Shown here piece by piece: positions 48,222-58,067 of a stretch of DNA of 64,000 nt (position 1 is its first letter; each line of letters opens with the position of its first letter). The notes beneath the pieces are model-generated. The model had not been told where the DNA came from. It saw only the letters and a list, made by a program, of their open reading frames with translations, and made no database searches. The DNA is taken from positions 1-64,000 of the forward strand of contig JAGSHN010000023.1 in the NCBI GenBank assembly GCA_029855935.1. The letters run 5' to 3'. The DNA is from Candidatus Thorarchaeota archaeon. Its GTDB lineage: Archaea; Asgardarchaeota; Thorarchaeia; Thorarchaeales; Thorarchaeaceae. Both the position numbers and the translations under genes were made by a program.

Positions 48222-50221
48222 GGTTGAAAGAGCTCAACATCATCCGATATGGACCCGTGAGGGACCGCAGGCTCACGTTTGAGGAGAGCGTCAATCTCAT
48301 CTACGGCCCGAACGAGTCCGGCAAGACACTCTCAATAGATGCCCTGATCAAGCTCCTCCTTGGACGGGAGAGAATCCAGAGATGGGACATCGACCGTGTC
48401 GAGTCAAAGCCCAACGGGTACGCAATCATAGAGATTGGGGGCGAAGAAATAGAGCTCACCGGCTCCAAGTCATTGATTGACGTAATCGAGATGGATGACA
48501 CCGAACTTGCAGTAGACGACCTGAGAAACGTGTTCATCATTCGAGACTCGGACCTTCGAACTCACGATTCCCCCAGGTATTTCGAAACGCTTGTGGATCG
48601 GGTATCGGGAGCACGACTTGCGGAGATCGAGAAGATAATAGAAGAACTCGAGAGAGAGGGACGCATAACACCGAAAGGTCAACTCACGGATCGTCAAGAC
48701 ACGGGAAAGCTCGCAACTCGTGTCCGAGATGCCCGCAAACTGTTGAACGCGATTGAGGAGTTTTTCCAAAGACCGGAAACGCATGAATATGAGGAATTGG
48801 AATGGGAGTTTGTCAGGAAAAAGACCCGACTAGAAATCTTGAAACAACACTGGGAGCGACTTGAGCAAGCCAAAGAGCTGTACGAAGCTGTTGAGATTCG
48901 AAACAGTATCAGTGTCATTGAGGGACTCTTGAAGGAACGACAGCGATACGACAGGAGCCAAATCAGCAATCTAAGGACAAAGGCAGAACAGGCTAGGGCT
49001 GAGTGTGAGTTCATTGAGGCGAGCAAAGAAAAGATTGAATTCTTGTCCAGAACGGTACTCGTCTTTGCATTTCTGTCGATGATTGCCCTGGTTCTGGCAG
49101 TGCTTGTGAATCCGTTGGCTCTAGCAGGTCTAGTTGTGTTCGCAGTCCTGACAACGCTTCACGTGGGAAGAATTCTGTCAATCAAGGACGACGAAGCCAA
49201 GTTTAGGTCCAAGGCTCACACTCTTCTGATGGAGGCTAGGGCTGTTGGTATCAAATGCGATGACGTGGATGCACTATGCGAGAAACTCCGAAGCGTCTTG
49301 GACCGCGCGGACGAGGTCCATAACAAACTGATAGGACATTGGTCGGTCTTGGCAGACAAGTTCAACTTGCCAATGGATGCAAACCCCGAGGACCATCTCC
49401 CTTCGATAAGAAACGATATCGAAATGAGACTCATGGCACACAAAGGTATTGATGCTGACAACTTCGATTCAGAAGAGTACGAGAGAGTTAGGCAAGAAAT
49501 GCGCGAACTCGGCGAAGAGATTGAGGGATATGAGAAGAAACTTGAGTACTACCGGGATAAGCTTCAGGAATTTGAGCGCACAACGAACCATGTACTAAGA
49601 GCTGATTTTTCCGGCAGTGATGGGGGCTTGGAAATAGGCTCTCTTGAAGCACTGAGGGCAGCTCGGTCGAAACTAGAAGAGTTCATAGATCGGGTCGAGA
49701 CCCGTGCCGATACCGCTAGAGAGGCAATCAAGATACTCAAGGAGGTGCGCAATGAAGAGAGAAGCTCAATAGGCAATCTCTTCAAACCCGATGGACCTGC
49801 AACCCGCACCTTCGCAAGAATCACGAAGGGGGCGTATTCGGAGGTGCTGGTGAACAGGGACGGGTCAGCAATCCACGTCCGTCGGGCCGGAGGAGAGCTC
49901 ATTCCCCTTGAGAAGCTGAGCAGGGGAGCAACCGACCAGCTCTATCTGTCAGTACGGATTACGCTTGCGAAAGAGATTCTGGGAGAAGAGCCGGGGTTCT
50001 TCGTCATGGATGATCCCTTCTTGGCCTCAGATATGGGTAGGCTACGTGAGCAGGTAAGCATATTGAAGGAGCTGGCCCAAGAGGGATGGCAGATCATCTA
50101 CTTCACCTCCAAGGAGGAAGTGGTGACCGCGTTCAGGGAGATGGTGGGCGTTAAAGCGAAGTCATTGAATACGCTTCAGGGCCTGATACCGCCAGAGGAA
50201 GTTTCCCAAGCGGAGCCGTGA
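48218..50221 (+). CDS. Rad50/SbcC(YhaN, AAA_27)-like coiled-coil ATPase with a central hydrophobic hairpin
   Basis: GPNESGKT, long coiled coil, two TM-like segments, LSRGATDQLYLSVR, FVMDDPF; 4-nt overlap with the nuclease gene. Confidence 0.9.
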   Translation: MRLKELNIIRYGPVRDRRLTFEESVNLIYGPNESGKTLSIDALIKLLLGRERIQRWDIDRVESKPNGYAIIEIGGEEIELTGSKSLIDVIEMDDTELAVDDLRNVFIIRDSDLRTHDSPRYFETLVDRVSGARLAEIEKIIEELEREGRITPKGQLTDRQDTGKLATRVRDARKLLNAIEEFFQRPETHEYEELEWEFVRKKTRLEILKQHWERLEQAKELYEAVEIRNSISVIEGLLKERQRYDRSQISNLRTKAEQARAECEFIEASKEKIEFLSRTVLVFAFLSMIALVLAVLVNPLALAGLVVFAVLTTLHVGRILSIKDDEAKFRSKAHTLLMEARAVGIKCDDVDALCEKLRSVLDRADEVHNKLIGHWSVLADKFNLPMDANPEDHLPSIRNDIEMRLMAHKGIDADNFDSEEYERVRQEMRELGEEIEGYEKKLEYYRDKLQEFERTTNHVLRADFSGSDGGLEIGSLEALRAARSKLEEFIDRVETRADTAREAIKILKEVRNEERSSIGNLFKPDGPATRTFARITKGAYSEVLVNRDGSAIHVRRAGGELIPLEKLSRGATDQLYLSVRITLAKEILGEEPGFFVMDDPFLASDMGRLREQVSILKELAQEGWQIIYFTSKEEVVTAFREMVGVKAKSLNTLQGLIPPEEVSQAEP

Positions 50222-50405
50222 CATCTCGGCAATGCGATGCGAAGCGAAGGGGCTGTGCCGAACAAGGCTGCAGAGCGTTCAGCCAGTAGGCGAATGAAAG
50301 CAGTCCAATACCTGGGCCTGCCCGAATGCGTGTCCGGTAAGGCGGAACAGGGGCTAGCACAAGTTCCAGTCAGCGCTGACGCGTCGCCTGAACCAAACGC
50401 TCCCA

Positions 50406-51164
50406 CTACTCGTATATCTCCGAGATACTCGCAATCTCTCTCATCAGAAGCGTGATCTCGTCTAATAGCTCTTCACCCTCGTCGGGGTCCTGGGTCCGTA
50501 TGAGCTTGTCCTCATACATCCGGATAAGTCGCACCAGCTTCCTGTATCGCGGTAGAGGGAACTGTTCGGGGATCTCACCGAAGATGTAGCCCCGTTGTGG
50601 GGACAGATGTTCCTCGGCCGCTATATTTGCAATTTGAGTGATGGGAACCCAGATCTCCGCCAGAGTCCCGTCGTCATCTTCACTCGCCTTAAAGTAGGCC
50701 CCAATCTCGACGTCGTACTCGCCAAGGGTGCCTCGCAGTATGCTATCTGCGCGGACGTATCTCCATCCTCTTGCCCGTTTCTTCTTTCGGAGGGCAACAA
50801 CTATCTCAACCTCACCGTCCTCACGGTTTTCGCGAATGTACTCGCGGTCATCCTCACTGAGGCGGCAGGTCGGCGGTATTCCCCCAAAGTCGGTGTGAGA
50901 ATGAAACTCGCCGACTATGAAGTCCCAAGACAGAAACGCCAAGACCTCCTCAATACGGGCATATCTGCGGAAATTCGGCTCCACTGATGTGTATCGTCGC
51001 TCGGAGGACTGGAGAGCCACAACTGAGTTGACCACAACTTTGCCCGCCGAACCGAAGATGTCGCCCATCAATACACCTGTACATTCGCGCTTGTAGACCT
51101 CAATCGCATACCCGAGCATCTGTGCAAAGGCAGGTGCCCGGACGAAGACTGTTTCAATCTCCAA
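50406..51164 (-). CDS. JAB/MPN+ (JAMM) metalloprotease with C-terminal extension
   Basis: ECTGVLMG...IVGEFHSHT...LSEDD matches E-HxH-S-D. Confidence 0.85.
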   Translation of the reverse strand: MEIETVFVRAPAFAQMLGYAIEVYKRECTGVLMGDIFGSAGKVVVNSVVALQSSERRYTSVEPNFRRYARIEEVLAFLSWDFIVGEFHSHTDFGGIPPTCRLSEDDREYIRENREDGEVEIVVALRKKKRARGWRYVRADSILRGTLGEYDVEIGAYFKASEDDDGTLAEIWVPITQIANIAAEEHLSPQRGYIFGEIPEQFPLPRYRKLVRLIRMYEDKLIRTQDPDEGEELLDEITLLMREIASISEIYE

Positions 51165-51687
51165 TAGGTACTTTCACCCTGTTCCCTTTCCACGGAGTTC
51201 TTGTTTCCCCGCACTAAAGACTTGCGCTGGGTATTTGACAAGCTGCTCCAAGGTCCCTAAGCAATGTGGCCCAATCTCAAACGCCAAACCAGACTCTCGG
51301 AGGGTGCTCGGTCATTTGTTTCAGTGATCGACCCCAAGAGTGTGAACAGGCCGGCACTGAGGATGACTGGAGAACTGCGTGATGTATACTCAGTGAGGCA
51401 GGTTAGGCGCCAAGCCTCTCTCGATAGGCCAAGAGTGGCGACAAGCTTGGCGGGTCAGATGTGATTTCGGGCAGGCTGAATCTGCCAGTACACTAGCCTG
51501 GGCAGGAAGAAACTGAGCATCGGGGCAATGAAGGCGCTGGTACACCCGGAGCTTACACAGTCCCTTGGCGGCGTCCCCTCTGAACAGGCATTCATCGGGC
51601 TTTCAGCGGCATATGAGCACAGCATCCGCGTGACGACTCGTCGAACTGCGCTGAGAGAGAACTGGCATCGCCCCTTGAGGAGAATCA

Positions 51688-52215
51688 TCACAAGAATTTT
51701 CTCACGAAGTACCTGAAAGATTCACTTCTACGTTGTGCAAGCGAGGGGTCGAATCTCTCGATGATTCTATTCATAAATACCGAACGCGGTATCGACTGCG
51801 GTATTATGATATTGAACCACTGTTTTGTGACACGTGGCGGAATCGCGAGCCTCCTGACACCAGCAATCTGCCGAAGAATTTCTCTCTCAATTCCCGCGAC
51901 ATACCACGCCTCTATCTCGGGTATGACAACTACTATGCGCTGCTCGTCCCCAATCCCATATCGTCCGGCTATTTGGTTTCTCAGTGCCGTCACACAGGGA
52001 TAGCGATCCAGATCCCGAACAAGGACATACTCAGTACTCTTCCGTTCCAAGGTATGAATGAATTTCCGAATTTTCCTTTTCTCCATCTGAGCGTACTTGA
52101 CGATTTGAACACGATCATAGTGTTTCTCAAGACGTGAACAAAGGATTCTCCTGAAGAAGCGTTCGTCGTCATCCCCTTCGACGAAGACATAGAAAGACGA
52201 CATTTCTTTCGACAC
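51688..52215 (-). CDS. TOPRIM-like DUF4276/DUF4435-type protein
   Basis: FVEGDDD, VRDLD, EIEAW, SESFRYF; 2 nt from the ATPase stop. Confidence 0.8.
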   Translation of the reverse strand: MSKEMSSFYVFVEGDDDERFFRRILCSRLEKHYDRVQIVKYAQMEKRKIRKFIHTLERKSTEYVLVRDLDRYPCVTALRNQIAGRYGIGDEQRIVVVIPEIEAWYVAGIEREILRQIAGVRRLAIPPRVTKQWFNIIIPQSIPRSVFMNRIIERFDPSLAQRRSESFRYFVRKFL

Positions 52216-52217
52216 CG

Positions 52218-53516
52218 CTACTGCAGAATGCCCTGCACGAATAGGTCATCCACACCGAGATCGTTCTCCAGAAACGCCATTACCTCCTCGTCATTTCTTG
52301 GACGCGTGACCTGCGAATATCCATCCTCGTCCCGCGTAACAAGGAGAAGGTTATCAATACCAGCGTGCTTGACCACTTCGGGGTTGTGCGTTGTAATTAT
52401 CACCTGTTTGTTCATTCGGCTCGAGACCTCTTTCATCATATTCACAATCTTCGAGATGAGTAGAGGGTGAATGTTTCGCTCGGGCTCCTCTATGATAACG
52501 AGAGGGTTCTTTTCGAAATACAATGCGATTACCAACGTTGTGACATTCACCGTACCATCTGAGATCAGAAAGGCTGGCAGGAACCGTTTCTGTGAATAGA
52601 TCTCTCTGATGCTGGCGAGAAGCGATTTGTCCGGAAGTCTCTCTACCGTGAAGTCCTCTACGAGTGGCAGGACATCCTTCACTAATGACGAGATCAGGTC
52701 CCGGTCTCGCTTATTATCCAAGATGCGCTTCAGAATCAGGGGCAGATTGCTACCGTCTGGCTCAAGCTCGGTCTTGCCAGTGACGGGAGTTGCACGTTTC
52801 ATAAGTCGCGGATCAAAATCGTAGATAGAGATGTTACGCAGATAGTGTGCCAAGCTCGAATAGAACGGTGAAAGAAGGACTGGATCTTCAATGGAGAGTC
52901 TTCGTGGGCGCGGACGGGCAGCATATCTCATATCTCGCGCTAGAGACAGGTAGAAGAAGCGTTCTATGCGTGTGTCCGAGAGGGAATCAGACATTTCCAT
53001 CGTCACTCTGCGACCATCATTGATAGTAGTGATAGTGCCTTTGCGAACTTCTCCACGGAGCGCATCACCACCGTTCGGCCGGCGAGTCCCGTATTCACAC
53101 ACTGCCGTGAGTTTGTCCGACACTCCCGAGTAGTCCAGTTTGCGTTTGTAGAACCTGATTGAGAGTTCGTAATCGTACCGACTGACGGAGAGATAGGCAT
53201 CTCGAGATATCCGCAAGATGTCTCTTGCTTCGAGTGAGAGTTGGATGGACAGGTCACGCAAAGAACCTATGGCAAGATTGCGTAAGTAGGCCACTCCACC
53301 TTGCATCGAAATAGCGTTCTCCAACCCCATCGTGGTGATATCCTTGAGGAACCGGAACAGGGCGATAAGATTGGATTTTCCTGAGGCGTTCGGTCCGACT
53401 ATCACGTTGAAGTCGCCCAACTCAATCTCCGTTTCATTGAAGGTCCTGAAATTGCTCACCCTTATTCTTCGGATCCTCGTTGTGTCCTTCGGTCGCATAG
53501 GTTGGGAACCTCCCAA
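52218..53516 (-). CDS. AAA_21 (ABC-type) ATPase
   Basis: VSNFRTF, GPNASGKS, DGSNL, ISDGT, IIEEPERNIHP, TTHNP. Confidence 0.92.
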   Translation of the reverse strand: MGGSQPMRPKDTTRIRRIRVSNFRTFNETEIELGDFNVIVGPNASGKSNLIALFRFLKDITTMGLENAISMQGGVAYLRNLAIGSLRDLSIQLSLEARDILRISRDAYLSVSRYDYELSIRFYKRKLDYSGVSDKLTAVCEYGTRRPNGGDALRGEVRKGTITTINDGRRVTMEMSDSLSDTRIERFFYLSLARDMRYAARPRPRRLSIEDPVLLSPFYSSLAHYLRNISIYDFDPRLMKRATPVTGKTELEPDGSNLPLILKRILDNKRDRDLISSLVKDVLPLVEDFTVERLPDKSLLASIREIYSQKRFLPAFLISDGTVNVTTLVIALYFEKNPLVIIEEPERNIHPLLISKIVNMMKEVSSRMNKQVIITTHNPEVVKHAGIDNLLLVTRDEDGYSQVTRPRNDEEVMAFLENDLGVDDLFVQGILQ

Positions 53517-53967
53517 CTTGTTTCGGAGAATTTGGCGCGTGTTGAGGTACTATCTCGGGAACGTATAAGGATTTGGAATGAACTGCTGGCTGAACTGCGG
53601 AGCTGGTTCGCCAGTCCTATGGATGCTTCGAACTGGCCTGTGCTTGCGCCAGCGAATCGGGGAAACGCCCTCCAAGACAACGCCCACCCTGTAGCGTGCT
53701 GTCGTTTCTCAGTTTCTGAGAGTTGGCTCCTTCGAATTCTTGTCCTCTACTACCTCCAGCAATGTGATGTGCTACTGTCTATGGTGTCGACTCCGCTGGC
53801 ATGCGCCAACACTCGCGGGAGAGGGCTTGTCCGGCGGAAACAGAGGATGCCCCAGGGGATTGTCCTGTTGGAACAGCAGCTGCGCTGGGCTCAGCTCTCA
53901 AATGATTCTAGAGTCGGCAGCCGATAGGCATATGCTGCCCGTTGGTGGAAGATAGCACTCGAGGAGC

Positions 53968-54981
53968 TTGAAGTATACAGCCGAAGACGAGGAGAGGAAT
54001 CGCACCTACTATGTCGCGTTGAACAAATCGCGCAATGATCTATTCCACCCGTACAACAACAAGGGCGGAGGCACACTGGAGTGGGACAACGATTTCAGGG
54101 ACAGGGTTCGCGAGGCCAAGGCCTTGCGGAGGACCAATGGATTGATTGAAGAGTTGGATTCGCCACCCAAGGCCCGGAAGTCGCTACCCACAAGGTCATT
54201 GAGGGTGATATACCGTCGGGACCCTGTCTTGGAGTCGATCGCGAGCAGATTCCTGCCCCGAGTCATCGATGCCACTCATATCTACGGTCTTCTGTTGTGT
54301 CCGCGCCGACACCAGTACGGTACACTGATGGGCGCAGCCGGGATGAAGTGCGACGAGGTTGAACGCAGCGAGTTCTCGCCGGCCTTCGGCTCTGTCCTAC
54401 ACAGTATGATCGCAGAGTTTGACTATGCCACGGGCTCCACTGAGAGCGCTCTCACCGTGCTCCATCAGGCTGAGTTCCTCACCGGCCCCGACAAGAAGAG
54501 GCTCCAGAATGCGATCACCTCGTACTCGGAGTTCACAGAAGAGATAGGTCTGAGGTCATCAGAGGGAGATCGAGTGTTGTCAGAGAGGGAGATCTACGGA
54601 ACCATAGATGTGGACGGGCAAGTCATCGAGCTCCGCGGGGTCATCGACATAGCAGTTGTCCGATCCGACGGTAAGATCGACGTCTACGACGTCAAGACCA
54701 ACTATCTGCCCCCTAGTGGCACTTCTGAAGAGAGGCTCAAGCGTGAGTTCCTGCGGAAACACCACGAACGTCAGCTCCTGACATACAAGTCAATGCTCGA
54801 ACAACAGGGACACACTGTTGAAGGTGTCTACGTTGTGGCTGTATCAAAGAAGAGTGCAACCCAAGTCAAGTGGAACCTAGTTCAAGTTGACGATGCAGAC
54901 TGGTCATTGCAAGAACTTTGTGAGATGCTGCCGATAACGGTCGAAGAAGAGGGACTCAGAAAGACTGAGAACAAGTACTGA
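53968..54981 (+). CDS. RecB/AddA-like PD-(D/E)XK nuclease domain, 5'-truncated remnant of a UvrD helicase-nuclease
   Basis: Starts with EDEERNRTYYVALNKSRNDL (UvrD motif VI-like); then CPR, GSVLH, E...GVID...YDVKT, QLLTY. Confidence 0.75.
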   Translation: MKYTAEDEERNRTYYVALNKSRNDLFHPYNNKGGGTLEWDNDFRDRVREAKALRRTNGLIEELDSPPKARKSLPTRSLRVIYRRDPVLESIASRFLPRVIDATHIYGLLLCPRRHQYGTLMGAAGMKCDEVERSEFSPAFGSVLHSMIAEFDYATGSTESALTVLHQAEFLTGPDKKRLQNAITSYSEFTEEIGLRSSEGDRVLSEREIYGTIDVDGQVIELRGVIDIAVVRSDGKIDVYDVKTNYLPPSGTSEERLKREFLRKHHERQLLTYKSMLEQQGHTVEGVYVVAVSKKSATQVKWNLVQVDDADWSLQELCEMLPITVEEEGLRKTENKY

Positions 54982-55474
54982 AGGATCTGTGAGTTCAGAG
55001 GAATGTGCAACTAGGCGGAACAACGTCACCAAGACTGACGCTCTCGCTGACTCTCTCGACGACCATAGTATCTGCAACATTTCGCCAGCCTGGCCTCTCT
55101 ACGAGCAGGCCGCCTTTCCCAGTGGGGTGCGGTTTTGAAGAGTCGAAACGGCGTGTTCCTCCCCAGAATAGGAGGAGGTTCCACGGAGAGACCAATGGGA
55201 CGCGCAGTAGATATGTGGCCATAGTCACGCGGCCTCGTTTGATGCTCCAACGGAGGCAGAAGGCTGCACAGCCCCCTCGCAGGCTTGCATCTGGCTGCAC
55301 CAGTATCGCGTTATGTCGACATCGGGTACAGATTGGCTTGCTATGCCACATCGCCCGGTAGAGTTACGGTAACGGTTCTCCCTGACAGCTAGCTCGAATC
55401 GGCCGAGCGAGGCCCTAAAATAGCATGATGTTTCAGTATCGTCATGTCGGCAAAGTACAGAGGGGTTTGAGATT

Positions 55475-55918
55475 ATGGAACACTACACGGTACTGTGGAG
55501 AGGGCCCTTCACGTATGATGAGGTCATTGAGGAGGAGGGCTACGACGACGATGAGGACCTCTATGCCATCGCACACATACCACCAAGACGTGGTCCAAGA
55601 ACGCTCTACGTGGGACATTCGTTCCGCCAGTATGTTGCGGACAGGTTGAAACAGCAGCCAGCGATCGATGCCATCTACGAGAAATATGGTGAGAGATCGG
55701 TTCGGTACTATCTTGGAAGAATCAAACTGAAACCTGGACAGCGCAGATCTGAGAAGCGTGTTGCAGATATCGAGGCTGCAATAATCTGCAACCACGGCGA
55801 CGAATTGGAGTTCAACTATGTGAATACTGTAACGTACTCGGGTCGGGACCTCTCAGTATCTCACAGGGGGTCGGTACCACCGCGCCTTAGGGACTTCAAG
55901 ACCAGCGACTGGGACTGA
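55475..55918 (+). CDS. GIY-YIG-like nuclease
   Basis: LYAI...LYVGHS...RLKQ...IEAAII...FN. Confidence 0.7.
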   Translation: MEHYTVLWRGPFTYDEVIEEEGYDDDEDLYAIAHIPPRRGPRTLYVGHSFRQYVADRLKQQPAIDAIYEKYGERSVRYYLGRIKLKPGQRRSEKRVADIEAAIICNHGDELEFNYVNTVTYSGRDLSVSHRGSVPPRLRDFKTSDWD

Positions 55919-55988
55919 GGTGTGCAGTGGTGGCAATGCCGACGCCATCTCCATCCACGCCAAGGCCAGAACAAGAGATTAATACGGA

Positions 55989-57389
55989 GTGAAAGAACCT
56001 GCGAAACGAATGAGATCTTCTATGCGCAGGGCTGCCTGTATCTCATTGGTCCTGGTTGTAGTCGTGGCATGGTACGGCGTCGTGATTCTTGGGGAGTACG
56101 ATTCCAACATCACAGAGACGACTTCTGACCTCAAGTTGCCCGCCCCAGTGATTACAATGTTCAAGAACGACAAGAGGTACGCACTGTTAGTGTCGTGGGA
56201 TGATGGTGTGAATGATATGGACTTCTCGTTCCTCGAAGACGAACTGGGCATCAAACACACCTCTTTCGTCGTGACTAGCAGAATAGCCGACAAGAAGTTC
56301 TGGGGCCTGGACATAATGTTCAGGGGCCACGATATCCAGTCTCACACAAGAGAGCACAAGGCAACCGGTCTCGCCAACCTCTCCTACTGTGAATATCTGA
56401 TCTCCCGGAGCATAGTCGACATCGAACGCACTTATGGATTCACGCCGATAGTCCTAGCATATCCGTACGGTTCAACAAATGCCATTACCAGTGAGATCGC
56501 ACTGAGATATGTCGACGTGGCGCGTGGTACGATACCGGAGGGGATTCTCAGACTGGGAACGTGGCCCATAAAGCACAGGGGCAACGCAAGACATTCCACC
56601 TTCGACCTCAACGGCCTCAGTTCGGAGAATATGGACAGACTAGCGGAGAGGTTCTACGAGATGACCAAGCTTGAGGGCAATCGCGCATTCAAGATCTACG
56701 GCCATACCGACCTAGCCACATTCAACCTGACCGAACGCGCTATGCTGTTTGATGAGCTGAAGAAGATCGCATTCCGAAACGACACGTGGTACGCCTCGTG
56801 GGGCGAGGCAATCGCATACGACATCCTGAGGACGAACACCACGATAGAGGATTTCTCATACGATGATAGCGAAGTGATGTTCAGAACGGTGACGAGCGCG
56901 AACGTCACCAGATACCCAGTTCAACTGACATACAGGGTGGAGATTCCAAAAGAGTGGGATTCGATAGTAGTCTACGATGACGGCAGAATCAGCAGCGACT
57001 TCACCCTGACCAATGGAACCCTGCTAATCAATTCAAAGCCAAGAAACCAGACAATAAGAATAGTGAGAACTCAAGACACTATGATTGACACCGAAGGGCC
57101 TGTGATAGGGGGAGTGACCATAGCAACGGGCACTGAGGGCCTGTTGATCACATTCGAGGTCACCGACGTCCTGGGCTTCGTCACCGACGTGAACATGACT
57201 GTCTCGGTTGGAAACAATACTTTCTTCTTCAATAGGATCGTGAACCCGATCTTCTGGGACAATAGCACGTACGGCCGGGCAATCTTCGCAGACGATATTC
57301 AGTCATCCGACGGGATTGACATAACGATCTGCGCCCAGGACAGCAGTGGAAATCTGTCTTCTCTCTCCTATCAATACCAAGGATGCTAA
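55989..57389 (+). CDS. Membrane-anchored polysaccharide deacetylase (NodB/CE4) with C-terminal Ig-like domains
   Basis: N-terminal TM; SWDDG, HDIQSHTREH, AYPYG, YGH motifs. Confidence 0.85.
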   Translation: MKEPAKRMRSSMRRAACISLVLVVVVAWYGVVILGEYDSNITETTSDLKLPAPVITMFKNDKRYALLVSWDDGVNDMDFSFLEDELGIKHTSFVVTSRIADKKFWGLDIMFRGHDIQSHTREHKATGLANLSYCEYLISRSIVDIERTYGFTPIVLAYPYGSTNAITSEIALRYVDVARGTIPEGILRLGTWPIKHRGNARHSTFDLNGLSSENMDRLAERFYEMTKLEGNRAFKIYGHTDLATFNLTERAMLFDELKKIAFRNDTWYASWGEAIAYDILRTNTTIEDFSYDDSEVMFRTVTSANVTRYPVQLTYRVEIPKEWDSIVVYDDGRISSDFTLTNGTLLINSKPRNQTIRIVRTQDTMIDTEGPVIGGVTIATGTEGLLITFEVTDVLGFVTDVNMTVSVGNNTFFFNRIVNPIFWDNSTYGRAIFADDIQSSDGIDITICAQDSSGNLSSLSYQYQGC

Positions 57390-58067
57390 TTGACCAAAGA
57401 AACCGCCTAAGAGGTCACGTCCGTCATCCCAGACGTAACGGACTCTCCACGACCATAATGGACAAACGTGACCTAGGTCACCGTGTGGATGTGACAGGAA
57501 GGCCGACGGGCTGCCGACAAGAAGCGCAACGCAGATACCGTGTTGGTTCTTTCTATAGACAGGCTGGCCTCAATGTGGAGTCATCCCTGGGAAAATCCAC
57601 TACTGTGAGCTATCGAAAGGATTCCGTCGGAGAAAGATCCCATTCTCACAATCAGTTTCTATGTCTCCCCTATGGCTTGAACACACCGCATAGATTTAGG
57701 GAACAGGCAAGACCAAAGTGGATCCCGCGTTTGACCTCAAAGGAAAACGTATCGTCCCAGGTTGAACTTCATCCCAATTCACCAGATTGCAGAGACCAAG
57801 AGTTCTCTCTGATCGCACGTCGTTCTTCCCAGTTTTCCTGGCTCGACCACCTGCCCACGTCAGATCCTCACAACCCACCTTCAGGAGCAGCCCTATTTCT
57901 GTTCCAATTGGACAGGCTACGTTGACGTTGCGGGGTACCCGAGCATATTTCACCATTCCACCGAGGTTTATTTTTATGCACGAGTCAACGTGTTGCAGGC
58001 GGGAATCGGCTAGTCTGCTTGGTCTGTAGCAATCCCAAAGAACAACTCGCGTATTGAGGCGATCACC

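Noticed and set aside
50221-51410. Integron attC-like motifs (GTTAGGC at ~51402)
   Set aside because: No matching RYYTAAC arm, no repeated cassette spacing, no integrase; genes are in mixed orientation.
55130-55150. Hammerhead-like TTGAAGAG..CGAAAC
   Set aside because: The core is not CUGANGA and there is no stem II.
57468-57481. 14-bp perfect palindrome GTGACCTAGGTCAC
   Set aside because: Single occurrence with no promoter context; could be chance.
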